Shown here: positions 39,584 to 49,075 of the stretch, piece by piece
Numbering within the stretch: position 1 is the stretch's first letter
How the letters are laid out: every line of letters starts with the position of its first letter
From: an uncultured Dehalococcoidia bacterium
GTDB taxonomy: Bacteria; Chloroflexota; Dehalococcoidia; Lucifugimonadales; UBA3495
Length of the DNA stretch: 64,000 bases
NCBI GenBank assembly: GCA_964587795.1
Contig: CAZPMU010000005.1
Span: forward strand, 15,723-79,722
Reading direction: 5' to 3'
Notes under the pieces: generated by a model
What the model saw: the letters and a program-made list of their open reading frames with translations, nothing else
The model's database searches: none
What the model was told of the DNA's origin: nothing
Made by a program: the position numbers and the translations under genes

Positions 39584-39605
39584 AGAGGTTTCTTAACTTG
39601 CTCTG

Positions 39606-40796
39606 CTACGTAATGGTGATGTCGTAGCCCACAATGGCGGTGAAGTTCTTGCGCATATTGTTATAACGGGGTATGGGAGACTGGGTCTGGCCCGAAGCGT
39701 CGGTGGCCCGGGACATGACCTGGTACCTTCCGGGCTGGTCGGCGTCCCACAGGTACGACCAACGGACCCACATCCACCTTTCCCTCGGCTCCTCCAGTCG
39801 GGCGGCGTGCCAGGTCTCGCCTCCGTCAACGCTGACCTCGACCTGGGTGATGGCCCCGTCGCCGCTCCAGGCGTAGCCCCGTACCACGTGGGTTCCCCGG
39901 GGCAGGGTCTCGGTATCGTCGTTGGGCTGAGTGACTATGGACTTGACCGGAATGGTGGTTATCAGTTCCTTGTCCGGGGAATCGGCCGAATCCGCGTAAT
40001 AGTAAAAGTTGTAGTGGTACCAGCAGCCGGGCATGTGGTCCATCACCTGCAGGCGGCGAATCCATTTAACCGACCAGTTACCCGACCATCCCGGCACCAG
40101 CAGCCGCACGGGGGCGCCGTGCAGGTGCTCCAGCAGTTGGCCGTTCTGGGCCCAGCAAAGGATGGTATCCGGGTGCAGGGCTTTGAGCCGGGGCAGGCCC
40201 TTGTCGTAATAGAAGGGATCAGTACCGGGTTCGGCGGTTGCCGGAAGACCGTAGTCCCACCCCTCGGCGCGGATATACAGCGCCTTGTCGGTCAGGCCCG
40301 CCTCGTTGAGCACCGAGGCCAGGGGCGTACCGGTCCACTCGGAGGCGCTGAGAATCATGGCCTCCTGGGTCCTGGAGGGCTTGGGGCCTTCGCCCTTGAA
40401 GTACTCGAAGTAGGTGGCGTCGCTGCCCGAGCACTCCATCACCGTGCGCACTGTCCGGGCCGGGTAGCGGCGAAGCTGCTCATAGTTGATGCTCAGCGGG
40501 TTCTTCACCTCGCCATCGACGGTAAGGGTCCACTGGTCAGCCGGCACCACCTCGGGAATGTCGAAGTGCTGGACTACGTAGTGCAGTTCAGTGGGGGTAA
40601 TCAACCCCTCCAGGTCCATAACCGGCGTCCGAACCCGCCGGGTCCTGCCTTCGTCATCCAGCAAATTGACGGGTTCCACCCGCTTGCTGGGCCAGCCATA
40701 CCAGCTATCGCTGCGGTGGGGATTGGTGGAGTCGGGACCGCCCGCCTCGTCCATGCGAAGAAAGTCGGGGACTGCTCCTTCCTGCTGTGTGGCCAT
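39606..40796 (-). CDS. Molybdopterin-dependent oxidoreductase, sulfite-oxidase (SUOX) family
   Basis: 396 aa. Moco-binding core with the Cys ligand region RTVMECSGS, and a C-terminal Ig-like dimerisation domain (VEVSVDGGETWHAARL). Confidence 0.9.
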   Translation of the reverse strand: MATQQEGAVPDFLRMDEAGGPDSTNPHRSDSWYGWPSKRVEPVNLLDDEGRTRRVRTPVMDLEGLITPTELHYVVQHFDIPEVVPADQWTLTVDGEVKNPLSINYEQLRRYPARTVRTVMECSGSDATYFEYFKGEGPKPSRTQEAMILSASEWTGTPLASVLNEAGLTDKALYIRAEGWDYGLPATAEPGTDPFYYDKGLPRLKALHPDTILCWAQNGQLLEHLHGAPVRLLVPGWSGNWSVKWIRRLQVMDHMPGCWYHYNFYYYADSADSPDKELITTIPVKSIVTQPNDDTETLPRGTHVVRGYAWSGDGAITQVEVSVDGGETWHAARLEEPRERWMWVRWSYLWDADQPGRYQVMSRATDASGQTQSPIPRYNNMRKNFTAIVGYDITIT

Positions 40797-40917
40797 GATT
40801 AACTCCTTGCGTCAGGCCTGTTAACTGTAACCCTGAACAGTCACTGAAATCGAAGGCGGGCGCGGTCCCCTGACCGGCCCGCCTTCGCTGTTTACCCGTG
40901 TACGTCGGGCTGGCCGC

Positions 40918-41790
40918 CTAGCCCAGGTGCTGGTAGATGAACGAAGTCATCTGTTCCAGGGCCTGCTGGGTCACGTCGGTGGCAAGGTCGCGCAAAACGC
41001 CTTCGCCCTCGCCCTGGAAAACGGTCAGGTCAATTTGTCCGCCGGCCTTCTGGTACTGGGAAACGAACTCCAGCAGGTCCGGGCGGGGGTGCGCCGCCTC
41101 GTATTCGCGGACCAGGCACAGGGTGGGCGGCAGTTCGGTCTTTTCGCCGGCTGCCAGCGCCCGGGCCGGCGCTCCTTCGGCCATGGCCTCTTCGGTCACC
41201 CAGTACATGTCGTGCATCCGGACGGTGCGCTCACCCACGGATTCGGGGGGCTTGACGTCTTCCCGGATGCCCTTGGCGTAGTTATAGCGGCCCAGGGGAT
41301 CGATGACGGGAGAGACCATGATTACGCAACCCAGGGTGCCGTCCGCGTCGGAAGCGCCGTTGCCCAGGGACAGGGCAGCGTAGCGGGAGTCGAAGGGACG
41401 CATGCCCAGCAGCATGGCCTGGTGGGCGCCGCTGGAGGTGCCCATTGCGCCGATCTTTGCGGAGTTGCCGTTCCACTCGGCGGCGTGGGCCTTGGCCCAG
41501 CGGATGCCGTAGTGGATGTCCTGGAAAGAAGCGGGGTAAGACGCTTCCGGGGGAACGCGAAAGTCCAGGGCCGCTACGATGACGCCGTTCTTGGCCAGCG
41601 CTTCGTTGCCAAGGTCGCCGTTCTCCCGGGTGCCGTTTACCCAGGCGCCGCCATGCAGTTCGATCATTACCGGGAAGGGACCGTCGCCCTGGGGCTTGAA
41701 GAGACGAGCCTGAAAGGGCTTGTCGCCATGGCGGAGATACTCCACGTCCTCGATCTGGACAGCGTAGGTGGTCTGTTTGCTGAGGGTCAT
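40918..41790 (-). CDS. Alpha/beta hydrolase (esterase/lipase, fold-3 type)
   Basis: Oxyanion motif HGGAW and nucleophile elbow GTSSGAH. Confidence 0.85.
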   Translation of the reverse strand: MTLSKQTTYAVQIEDVEYLRHGDKPFQARLFKPQGDGPFPVMIELHGGAWVNGTRENGDLGNEALAKNGVIVAALDFRVPPEASYPASFQDIHYGIRWAKAHAAEWNGNSAKIGAMGTSSGAHQAMLLGMRPFDSRYAALSLGNGASDADGTLGCVIMVSPVIDPLGRYNYAKGIREDVKPPESVGERTVRMHDMYWVTEEAMAEGAPARALAAGEKTELPPTLCLVREYEAAHPRPDLLEFVSQYQKAGGQIDLTVFQGEGEGVLRDLATDVTQQALEQMTSFIYQHLG

Positions 41791-41883
41791 ACCGACCTCC
41801 TTAATTTGGCTGGGGCTGTGTATCCGGGTGTGCCTAGGTTAAACCTTAGAGGCTATTCAGTCAATTTCTGTTTCCCGAGTTTC

Positions 41884-41955
41884 TCAACACAGAGACACAG
41901 AGTAGGCGGAGTTGCACGGAGAATCTCTGTGCCCCGCTGCGTCACTGTGGTTTAT
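41884..41955. repeat. Family 1 intergenic repeat, copy F
   Basis: tcaacacagagacacagagtaggcggagttgcacggagaatctctgtgccccgctgcgtcactgtggtttatt. Confidence 0.6.
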
Positions 41956-42042
41956 TGAATCTGAACGGTCAATGGTTCCATCAGGCGTTGATGACACCCT
42001 GCGGCAGCGGATGGTAATATATTCGTCGCAGAAACCTGGATT

Positions 42043-42606
42043 ATGGTTTCAACCCCGCCTGAGAGGATACCCGTGGCAGAAGACCGCACCATACCCGCCG
42101 GGTTCGCCCCCGAGGATGAACTTGAAGAGGAGAGAACGGGTCGGCGCACCCGCAACCGCCTGATCATACTGGGCGTGGTGGTGGCCCTGGCGGTGGTCTA
42201 CATGGTGTATGCGGCCTTTCCCGGCAATGCCCTCTACTTCGTTACGGTAAGCGAGTTCATGGGCGGGGATGAATACCAGGACGGTCGGCTGATTCGGGTT
42301 TCAGGCAAGCTGGTGCCCGATTCCTTCAAGCGCCAGGACAGCAGTACCCTGGCCAGGTTCCAGCTGGTGGACAAGGAAGGCGATGGCGGCGGCCACAGCC
42401 TGGACGCCTCATACGTGGGAGTGATGCCCGACCTGTTTTTTAACCCCCACTCGGAAATAATCCTCGAGGGCAGCTACACGCCGGAACGGGTTTTCGAGAC
42501 GGACAGCATCCTGGTCAAGTGTCCTTCCAAGTACCAGTCGCTGGAGGAGGAAGTGCCGGCGGACTACAACACCTACAACTCGGGCCCCGCGCCCCAGGCT
42601 TCCTGA
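42043..42606 (+). CDS. ccmE: Cytochrome c maturation haem chaperone CcmE, variant with Cys in place of the haem-binding His
   Basis: N-terminal TM anchor and OB-fold core (VSGKLVPDSF...FQLVD...ILEGSY). The C-terminal VKCPSKY motif replaces the canonical H-x3-Y. Confidence 0.85.
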   Translation: MVSTPPERIPVAEDRTIPAGFAPEDELEEERTGRRTRNRLIILGVVVALAVVYMVYAAFPGNALYFVTVSEFMGGDEYQDGRLIRVSGKLVPDSFKRQDSSTLARFQLVDKEGDGGGHSLDASYVGVMPDLFFNPHSEIILEGSYTPERVFETDSILVKCPSKYQSLEEEVPADYNTYNSGPAPQAS

Positions 42607-42694
42607 TTCGTCGCGCCCCCGCAGGCGGTTGTATCTCGTAGGCGCGGGATTCAAGCCCGCCCTTGCCCACCGCCGCAACCATCGCTCCCGTCGC

Positions 42695-42910
42695 CTAACC
42701 CCCTGAATTCACGTCCCCCGCATTTCCTTCGTCCCCTTCCATGCCCTGCTGCAGGTCCCTCAATTCCCGTTCCAATTCCTGCCGCCGTCGGGAAACAAAG
42801 AAGGCATAGGCAAAGAAGATCAGCCAGGTTATGGCAAAGGCGGCGAAGAGAAAGCCCATATTGGCCGACGGCTGGGTTTGCAGCAGTATCAGGGGCATTT
42901 GTTCACTCAC
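42695..42910 (-). CDS. ccmD: CcmD-like small membrane protein
   Basis: 71 aa. Single TM helix GFLFAAFAITWLIFFAYAFFV followed by the basic stretch SRRRQELEREL. Lies downstream of ccmC. Confidence 0.55.
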   Translation of the reverse strand: MSEQMPLILLQTQPSANMGFLFAAFAITWLIFFAYAFFVSRRRQELERELRDLQQGMEGDEGNAGDVNSGG

Positions 42911-43039
42911 TCGAGCAGGTTATTCAGACATGGATGGACAGGATGTGCAGCTCGTAAGCAAAGGTCTTTCTGCACTCAGACGGGAGCCATTTTCGAAACC
43001 AACCGTGCGAGAAATCAGCCAAACATCCTGTACATCCTG

Positions 43040-43810
43040 TCAATCCATGTTTGATTGCTTCAGGCGCTGGGCGAAACGGAGCCGGGACAGGCTGTCTTCG
43101 ATGTTGCGCAGGCGCATTCGCTCCAGCAGCAGGTACAGGAAGAACAGCAGGAAGACGGCCATGGAGTAGAAAAGGACGTACTGCATTACCGGCTCCAGCG
43201 CTCCGGAGTCGGCCAGGGGGCCCACCACCGCCGAAGGGTGAATAGACCGCCACCACTGTACCGAGTAGTAGACAATGGGCACATCTATGAAGCCGATGAT
43301 GCCCAGGCCGGCGGCGTAGAGGGCACCCTGGGACTTGTTGGGAACATAGGAGCGCAGCATCAGGTAGGCCACGTAGATCAGCCACAGGATCAGGGTGGTG
43401 GTCAAACGCGGCTCCCAGGTCCACCAAACGTTCCAGACGGGACGGGCCCAGACGATTCCCGTAAGCAGGGCCAGGCTGACAAAGACGACGCCCACCTCGG
43501 CGGCGGCGTGGGCCACGCTGTCCCACCCGCTTTTGCGGGTAACCAGGTAGCCTATGCTGGCGACGAAAACCACGAAAAAGGCGACGAAGGACACGATGGC
43601 TATGGGTACGTGGAAGTAGAAGACACGCTGGACGTGGCCCAGGACGGCGTCGGTGGGGGCCACCAGGAAAATCAGGTAAAGGTCAATCACCATCAGGACG
43701 GCGGTCGCCGCCAGCAGAATGCCCTGCAGCCCGGGGAAGCCAAAGCCCGCTCCCCGGCCGCCCGTTACCCTGCCCCTGGAAGACGCCGCAGTCCCCTGTC
43801 CAGATGCCAA
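43040..43810 (-). CDS. ccmC: Haem exporter protein CcmC
   Basis: Trp-rich WWD motif WARPVWNVWWTWEPRL with flanking His residues. TTG start with GAGGAG upstream. Confidence 0.92.
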   Translation of the reverse strand: MASGQGTAASSRGRVTGGRGAGFGFPGLQGILLAATAVLMVIDLYLIFLVAPTDAVLGHVQRVFYFHVPIAIVSFVAFFVVFVASIGYLVTRKSGWDSVAHAAAEVGVVFVSLALLTGIVWARPVWNVWWTWEPRLTTTLILWLIYVAYLMLRSYVPNKSQGALYAAGLGIIGFIDVPIVYYSVQWWRSIHPSAVVGPLADSGALEPVMQYVLFYSMAVFLLFFLYLLLERMRLRNIEDSLSRLRFAQRLKQSNMD

Positions 43811-43816
43811 AAGGGG

Positions 43817-44491
43817 TTACTCCTCAACGATTATCGAAAAAATCCAGGGACATATTACCAGAAAAACGGCATCGAATACCGCCAGCAATGGCAGCCAGCG
43901 GGTAACCACACCGGACTCCGGGCCGCCGCCAACGGCCGCCCCCGAAACCTCCACCGCGCCGATTAGCACGGGCAGGATTATGGGGAAGAAGAGCACCGGC
44001 AGCATTACCTCCCGGGAACGGGTCTGCACGGCAATGGCCGAAAACAGGGTGCCCACGGTGGCAAAGCCCAGGGTCGCCAGCAAAATGGCCGCGAAAAGGG
44101 TCCAGGTGAATGCCGTAAAGTTGAGCAGCACTGCCAGCGCCGGCAGCAGGGCCGCCTCGATGACCAGCATAAACAGGAAGCTGACCAGGGCCTTGCCCAG
44201 GAATATGGCATCCCTGCTGACCGGAGACAGCAGCAACCCCTCCAGCCCGCCCTGCTCCCGCTCCCGGACGAAGGCCCGGCTCATGGCCAGGGTTCCGGCA
44301 AAGGCGAAGGCCACCCACAGGATGCCCGGGGCCAGTTCCGCCACCCGCTGCGGCGTAACCTTCAGGGCGAAGTTGAACACCACCACCACCAGGAACCCGA
44401 ACACCAGGGCGGAGATGACGATGTCCCTGGAACGCAGTTCCAGCAGCAGGTCCTTCCAAACCAGGGCCGCTACGGGCCGGATGAATCGCAT
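43817..44491 (-). CDS. ccmB: Haem exporter permease CcmB
   Basis: 224 aa, 6 TM helices. N-terminus FIRPVAALVWKDLLLELRSRD is typical of CcmB. Immediately upstream of ccmC. Confidence 0.9.
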   Translation of the reverse strand: MRFIRPVAALVWKDLLLELRSRDIVISALVFGFLVVVVFNFALKVTPQRVAELAPGILWVAFAFAGTLAMSRAFVREREQGGLEGLLLSPVSRDAIFLGKALVSFLFMLVIEAALLPALAVLLNFTAFTWTLFAAILLATLGFATVGTLFSAIAVQTRSREVMLPVLFFPIILPVLIGAVEVSGAAVGGGPESGVVTRWLPLLAVFDAVFLVICPWIFSIIVEE

Positions 44492-44610
44492 TAGCTTCTA
44501 CGGGTGACCGGATTGGTGGGCTGTCACAAGGGTTTAATTCTATCAGACCCACAATCAATGCTTGTGGGGCGCCAAAACGCGCCGGTTCCGCCCTGCCGCT
44601 TTGGCAGCCG

Positions 44611-46965
44611 TTACCGTGGCCTCAGCAGCAGGGTTTCTACGGTGGCCTCCCGGACGGCCGCTTCACTCCACGCGATGGGCACGCCGGTTCCCCTCACCCA
44701 CAGGGGAAACAGGTCTTTATAGTGGGGCGACAGGGGGTTGCCCGATTGGCCGCCGGGCAGGGAAAACCGCGACCGGTCCCAGTCGCCCACCTCCAGCGCC
44801 ATCCGCAGGGACGGGACTACCCCGGGTCCGGCCAGCGGATCATCCCCAAAGGTGCCGGCCTGCAGCACGGTGTTGCTGTCGCCTGGGCACTGGAAGGGGC
44901 CAATGTTGAAAATGCTGCTCAGCAGCCGGACACGGCCCATCGGGTGCTTCAGCATGGCCGTCCGGGCCCGGCCCCACTGCCACCGGTCCGAGGGCTCGCC
45001 CAGCCGCCGGAGGGCGCAATTATAGGCCGAGCGCAGGGCGTCGTTGATTTCTGACTGCCAGCCTTCCGTGAACCAGCCGGGGGGCTGCTCCCTCGCCAGG
45101 CGGGACAGGCGGCCCACCTGGCGCGCGGCGATGGATGTGCCGCTGATTGTGGGGAGGGTGCTGCGGCCCAGCAGCCAGGGCGCGGAATTGGGAGCCTTCG
45201 CCGTGGCAATGCGGCGCGACATTTCCGCCAGGAACAGGTGGAAAAGGGTTGCGGCTACGGAGTCGGTGGACATACGTCCATCCCAGTTGGCAAGCAACTG
45301 GCGCGCCGCTCCGTCCTCCACGCTATGTGAGTCCCCGGCCAGGACGTAATCCCGCAGTTCAAACCAGGGCATCGATTTCACATCCAGCTGAAGGGCGGCT
45401 GCCGACTCAAGGTCCCAGTCCTGGCCCTCTTCCAGCGCTTCCACTACTCGGCCAAGGCGGTAACCGTCAATCCAGTCCACGCCCAAAAAGGGACCGTCGC
45501 CGTGGGGCTGGGGCTGGGTGTTGGCGGTGGCAACGTACCCCCCGGGTGGATTATGGGCGTATGGCATCTCGCCGAAGGGAACAACATCGTCCTCCCAGCC
45601 CGCCCCTGGAACCCATCCGGCGCTGGGAACGATGCCGTAACCCCGGCGGCGGAGCGGCGTTTGGCCGGCCAGTTGGTAGCCAATGTTGCCCTCGGTGTCG
45701 GCATAGACCAGCCCCAGGGGGAGAACGGGCCACTCGGCGAAGGGGGCGCGAAACTCTTCAAAGTTCCTGGCCTTCAGGGTACACAGGAAACCCTGCACCG
45801 GAAGGGGGTCCAGCCACACGGCCCGCAGGGAAAGAGCGCCGAGCTCATCGTCCAGGGCGGGACTGATGATCGGTCCCCTGGGGGTGAGCAGGATTTCCTC
45901 CTCCACCGCATCGGCTCCCTTTACCTGGATCACCTCCCGCCGGACCTGGCAAGGAACGTACTGGCCGTCCTCAAGGACCGACCGGCCGTCGGGACCGATG
46001 CGCTCCAGGAACAGGTCCGTGTTGTCCGTAAGCCCGGCGGTTACGCCCCAGGCGCAGTGCCCGTTGTGGCCCGCCGCGATGGCTGGCGTACCTGGCAGTG
46101 CGGCGCCGGCGAGGGCCCAGTCCGGAGATTGCAGGCGGGCCAGGTACCAGTGGGGCGGAACGGCAGCGGGAAGGTGGGGATCGTTGGCCAGCAGCGGGTG
46201 TCCCGACCTGGTCCTGCTGCCGGACAATGCCCAACCGTTGGAACCGCCTCCCGTCGCAATCGTCTCCTGGAATATCGCCAGGTCTTCCGACAGGCGTTGC
46301 GCCGCCTTTCCGGCGACACCCGTGGGGGGTACCGGAACCGGGTGCCACTCCGGGTATGCAGGATCGAGATGCAGGAGCGATTCCGCGCCGTCCAGATTCA
46401 GCACCATGAGTCGGGCAAGCTCGCAGTCCCAGTTGGACGGCATTGCAAAGGACTGGAGCTTCATTATGGTGAGCACGTCGATGGGTGTGAATTCCGAAGG
46501 CCGTGCCCGCAGCAGTACAAACTCGTGGGGACGGCGGGGCAGGCCCGCCTTGCAACCGGCGTTCAGTCCGGCGGCGAAGGCGGTGAGTATGGAGGCAACC
46601 CGGGGTTCCAGCGCCTGGAACTGCTCTGCGGCGGCGTGGCGGAGACCGGCCCGACGGAAGAGGCGGTCTATGCGCAGGGTGGCCTGGCCGAACACCTCGG
46701 ACAGGGTTCCCGAGGCGGCGCGCCTGGACAGCTCAATCTGCAGTGTGCGGTCCTGGCCCTGGCAGAAGCCAAAGCCGAAAAATACGTCCGGCTCGTCGCC
46801 GGCCTCGATCATCGGAATGCCGTAGCGGTCGCGGTGTATGGAAACCTGCCCGCCCGGGCCATCCACATCCAGTGCGCCACGGGTAACGGGCAGCCGCGCG
46901 CCCAGCGCCAACCGGAACAGGGCGCGAGTCAAAAAAGTAAATGCCGGGGAATCTGGGAAGTTCAA
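44611..46965 (-). CDS. Penicillin acylase family Ntn-hydrolase
   Basis: 784 aa. The autoprocessing/nucleophile site GGSNGWALSG is followed by PLLANDPHL. Confidence 0.93.
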   Translation of the reverse strand: MNFPDSPAFTFLTRALFRLALGARLPVTRGALDVDGPGGQVSIHRDRYGIPMIEAGDEPDVFFGFGFCQGQDRTLQIELSRRAASGTLSEVFGQATLRIDRLFRRAGLRHAAAEQFQALEPRVASILTAFAAGLNAGCKAGLPRRPHEFVLLRARPSEFTPIDVLTIMKLQSFAMPSNWDCELARLMVLNLDGAESLLHLDPAYPEWHPVPVPPTGVAGKAAQRLSEDLAIFQETIATGGGSNGWALSGSRTRSGHPLLANDPHLPAAVPPHWYLARLQSPDWALAGAALPGTPAIAAGHNGHCAWGVTAGLTDNTDLFLERIGPDGRSVLEDGQYVPCQVRREVIQVKGADAVEEEILLTPRGPIISPALDDELGALSLRAVWLDPLPVQGFLCTLKARNFEEFRAPFAEWPVLPLGLVYADTEGNIGYQLAGQTPLRRRGYGIVPSAGWVPGAGWEDDVVPFGEMPYAHNPPGGYVATANTQPQPHGDGPFLGVDWIDGYRLGRVVEALEEGQDWDLESAAALQLDVKSMPWFELRDYVLAGDSHSVEDGAARQLLANWDGRMSTDSVAATLFHLFLAEMSRRIATAKAPNSAPWLLGRSTLPTISGTSIAARQVGRLSRLAREQPPGWFTEGWQSEINDALRSAYNCALRRLGEPSDRWQWGRARTAMLKHPMGRVRLLSSIFNIGPFQCPGDSNTVLQAGTFGDDPLAGPGVVPSLRMALEVGDWDRSRFSLPGGQSGNPLSPHYKDLFPLWVRGTGVPIAWSEAAVREATVETLLLRPR

Positions 46966-47199
46966 GGAAAGTCGACCGCCAGGGTAGTATTCGCCCGGTG
47001 GCCGCCCAATGCAGGCCAGGGCCTCTCTTCCATTCTAAACCACAATCAGGTCGCGGCCCTAATCAAGCCATTACGATGCGGTGATGGTCGAAACGCGGGA
47101 CGAGACTTCTTGCAACGGCATCCCCAGCGGCTATACTGCCAGGGGGACGCGGTTGACGCCATAGCTTTCCCGCGTGAATCGAACCAAAGGAGGCCTGAA

Positions 47200-47997
47200 T
47201 TGCGTGGCGACGATGAAGGGCGAGAGGACCAGTCCCAGCCACCCGAGTTTCCCCGCTCGGCAAAATACGACCGGGACTGGGTGCTGGACAATATGATGGG
47301 GCCGAACGTCCTGTGGCTTACGGAGTCCCTGGCGGAGCGCATGGACCTCAGCCCGGGGATGCGCGTGCTGGATATGGGCTGCGGCAGGGGGTTGAGTTCC
47401 ATATTCCTGGCGAAGGAGTACGAGGCGCAGGTGTGGGCCGTGGACCTGTGGATAGATGCCACCGAAAACCTGGGCCGAATCAAAGACGCCGGCGTTGAAG
47501 ACAGGGTGTTTCCCATCCGTGCCGAAGCCCGTTCCCTGCCCTTCGCCAACGGGTTTTTCGACGCCATGGTAAGCGTGGACGCCTACCATTACTTCGGCAC
47601 CGATGACCTTTACCTGGAGAGTCACGCGGCCGGGCTGGTCAAACCCGGCGGTTCCATGGGGATTGTCGTGCCCGGATTGGTGGAAGAACTTCCCTCCGAC
47701 GAGCCACCTGAACACCTGCGTCCGTACTGGGAGCCAGCGTTTTTCAGCCTCCACAGCCCGGCCTGGTGGCAACGCCACTGGTTACGGAGCGGGTTGGTGG
47801 ACGTGGAACTTGCCGACCTGATTCCCGACGGATGGAGGCTGTGGATGGTATCGGACCAGCTATGGTCGGAACGCATAGGCAAGCCCGCCGACGAGGCCGA
47901 AATGCTGGCCCTCGATGGCGGGCGGACCCTGGGGTTCACCCGCATGGTAGCTCGCAGGAACGAACGGGCGCCGGCACGGCTGGACACCCTCGAGTAG
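47200..47997 (+). CDS. Class I SAM-dependent methyltransferase
   Basis: Motif I RVLDMGCGRGL and post-I VWAVDL. TTG at 47200 is preceded by AAGGAGG (6-nt spacer); the first in-frame ATG is at 47293. The 831-aa ORF that extends upstream is an antisense artefact. Confidence 0.85.
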   Translation: MRGDDEGREDQSQPPEFPRSAKYDRDWVLDNMMGPNVLWLTESLAERMDLSPGMRVLDMGCGRGLSSIFLAKEYEAQVWAVDLWIDATENLGRIKDAGVEDRVFPIRAEARSLPFANGFFDAMVSVDAYHYFGTDDLYLESHAAGLVKPGGSMGIVVPGLVEELPSDEPPEHLRPYWEPAFFSLHSPAWWQRHWLRSGLVDVELADLIPDGWRLWMVSDQLWSERIGKPADEAEMLALDGGRTLGFTRMVARRNERAPARLDTLE

Positions 47998-48037
47998 CCG
48001 GCTGGGGCAACCCGCCGGCGCCGCTATGGAGGACAAT

Positions 48038-48988
48038 ATGCAGCAGAGACCTTTTGGCAGTCTGGGCATGGCCAGCGCCCTTACCCTGGGAGGCGGGGGC
48101 CTGGGGCAGGTGTGGGGGAGCACTACCAGGGAGGAGTGCGTTGCCACGGTGCGGGAAGCGGTGGAATCGGGAATCAATGTGCTGGACCTGGCGCCTACCT
48201 ACGGCAATGGCGAGGCCGAGAGCGTCATCGGTGAGGCCTTTGAGGGTGAACTGCCGGCGGGTGTGCGGGTCACCACCAAGTGCCGCGTGGGCGACACGCC
48301 GCCGGAGCAGGTGTACGACCTGCTTTCCAACAGCCTGGATGCCAGCCTGGAACGCATGAGGCTGGAGCGGGTGGACGTAATGTTCCTCCACAACGCCGTA
48401 ACGCTGGACAACGTCGGCGGCGACCGGTTGACCCCGGTGACCACGGTGGTGGAAGCCTTGGCCCCTGCCTTTGAGCGGCTCATCTCCGAAGGCCGCATCG
48501 GCTACTGGGGGCTTACCGGTATCGGGAATGCGGACGCGCTGATTCACCTGCTTACCGGCGGCCCCCGCCCCGGATACATCCAGTGCATCGCCAACCTGCT
48601 GGACTCGGCCGGTGGTCTGTACCAGGGCACTGAACCGCCCTGTCCCCGGGACGTAATCGCGGCGGCCAACGAGAACGATGTTGCGGTCATGGGCATAAGG
48701 GCGGTCCAGGCCGGGGCTCTGACGGATGCCATTGACCGTCCCCTGCCCGAGGGGCACCCGGAGCTGGTTGACTTTGCGCGGGCGGCGCCCTTTCGCGCCA
48801 TCGCCGCGGACGTGGAGCAGAGCGCGGCCTTACTGGCCCACCGTTACGCCCTGTCAATGGTGGGCGTCTCCACGGTGGTGCTTGGCGTCAAGAATCGTCA
48901 GGAACTGCGCGAGTGCGTCCGGGCGGAGGCGGCCGGGCCGTTGGATGCAGCCCTTATTGGGCGTATCGACATGGCCGTGGGACGCTGA
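48038..48988 (+). CDS. Aldo/keto reductase
   Basis: LTLGGGGLGQVWG..., DLAPTYGNGEAE and VMFLHN are typical AKR blocks. GGAGGA lies 4 nt upstream of the ATG at 48038. Confidence 0.88.
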   Translation: MQQRPFGSLGMASALTLGGGGLGQVWGSTTREECVATVREAVESGINVLDLAPTYGNGEAESVIGEAFEGELPAGVRVTTKCRVGDTPPEQVYDLLSNSLDASLERMRLERVDVMFLHNAVTLDNVGGDRLTPVTTVVEALAPAFERLISEGRIGYWGLTGIGNADALIHLLTGGPRPGYIQCIANLLDSAGGLYQGTEPPCPRDVIAAANENDVAVMGIRAVQAGALTDAIDRPLPEGHPELVDFARAAPFRAIAADVEQSAALLAHRYALSMVGVSTVVLGVKNRQELRECVRAEAAGPLDAALIGRIDMAVGR

Positions 48989-49021
48989 AAGCACGGTTCC
49001 GGTTTCGTTAACCGCGTTGTC

Positions 49022-49065
49022 CGGGGGCGGACTGCAAACCCGCCCCCGCTGGTTTTGCGGTTTTC
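49022..49065 (+). terminator. Rho-independent terminator after the AKR gene
   Basis: Stem cgggggcgg / ccgcccccg with a 9-nt loop, then ctggttttgcggtttt. Confidence 0.7.
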
Positions 49066-49075
49066 TGCCCGGCGG

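Noticed and set aside
42636-42680. tRNA-like T-arm (gcggg-attcaag-cccgc) in the ccmE/ccmD spacer, considered as a possible tRNA or integration-site remnant.
   Set aside because: The loop is offset relative to the TTCRANN consensus. No matching acceptor 5' strand, anticodon arm or D-arm could be found upstream. It is most likely a chance hairpin or a terminator between convergent genes.
44492-44610. Possible missing or degraded ccmA between ccmB and the acylase gene.
   Set aside because: The gap is only 119 nt, with no ORF or Walker-motif remnant. ccmA is simply not adjacent and is presumably elsewhere in the genome.
45502-47199. The N-terminal two thirds of the 831-aa plus-strand ORF.
   Set aside because: This part is antisense to the penicillin acylase gene and has no motifs. 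Only the last 265 codons or so (from the TTG at 47200, which has an AAGGAGG SD) look like a real methyltransferase.
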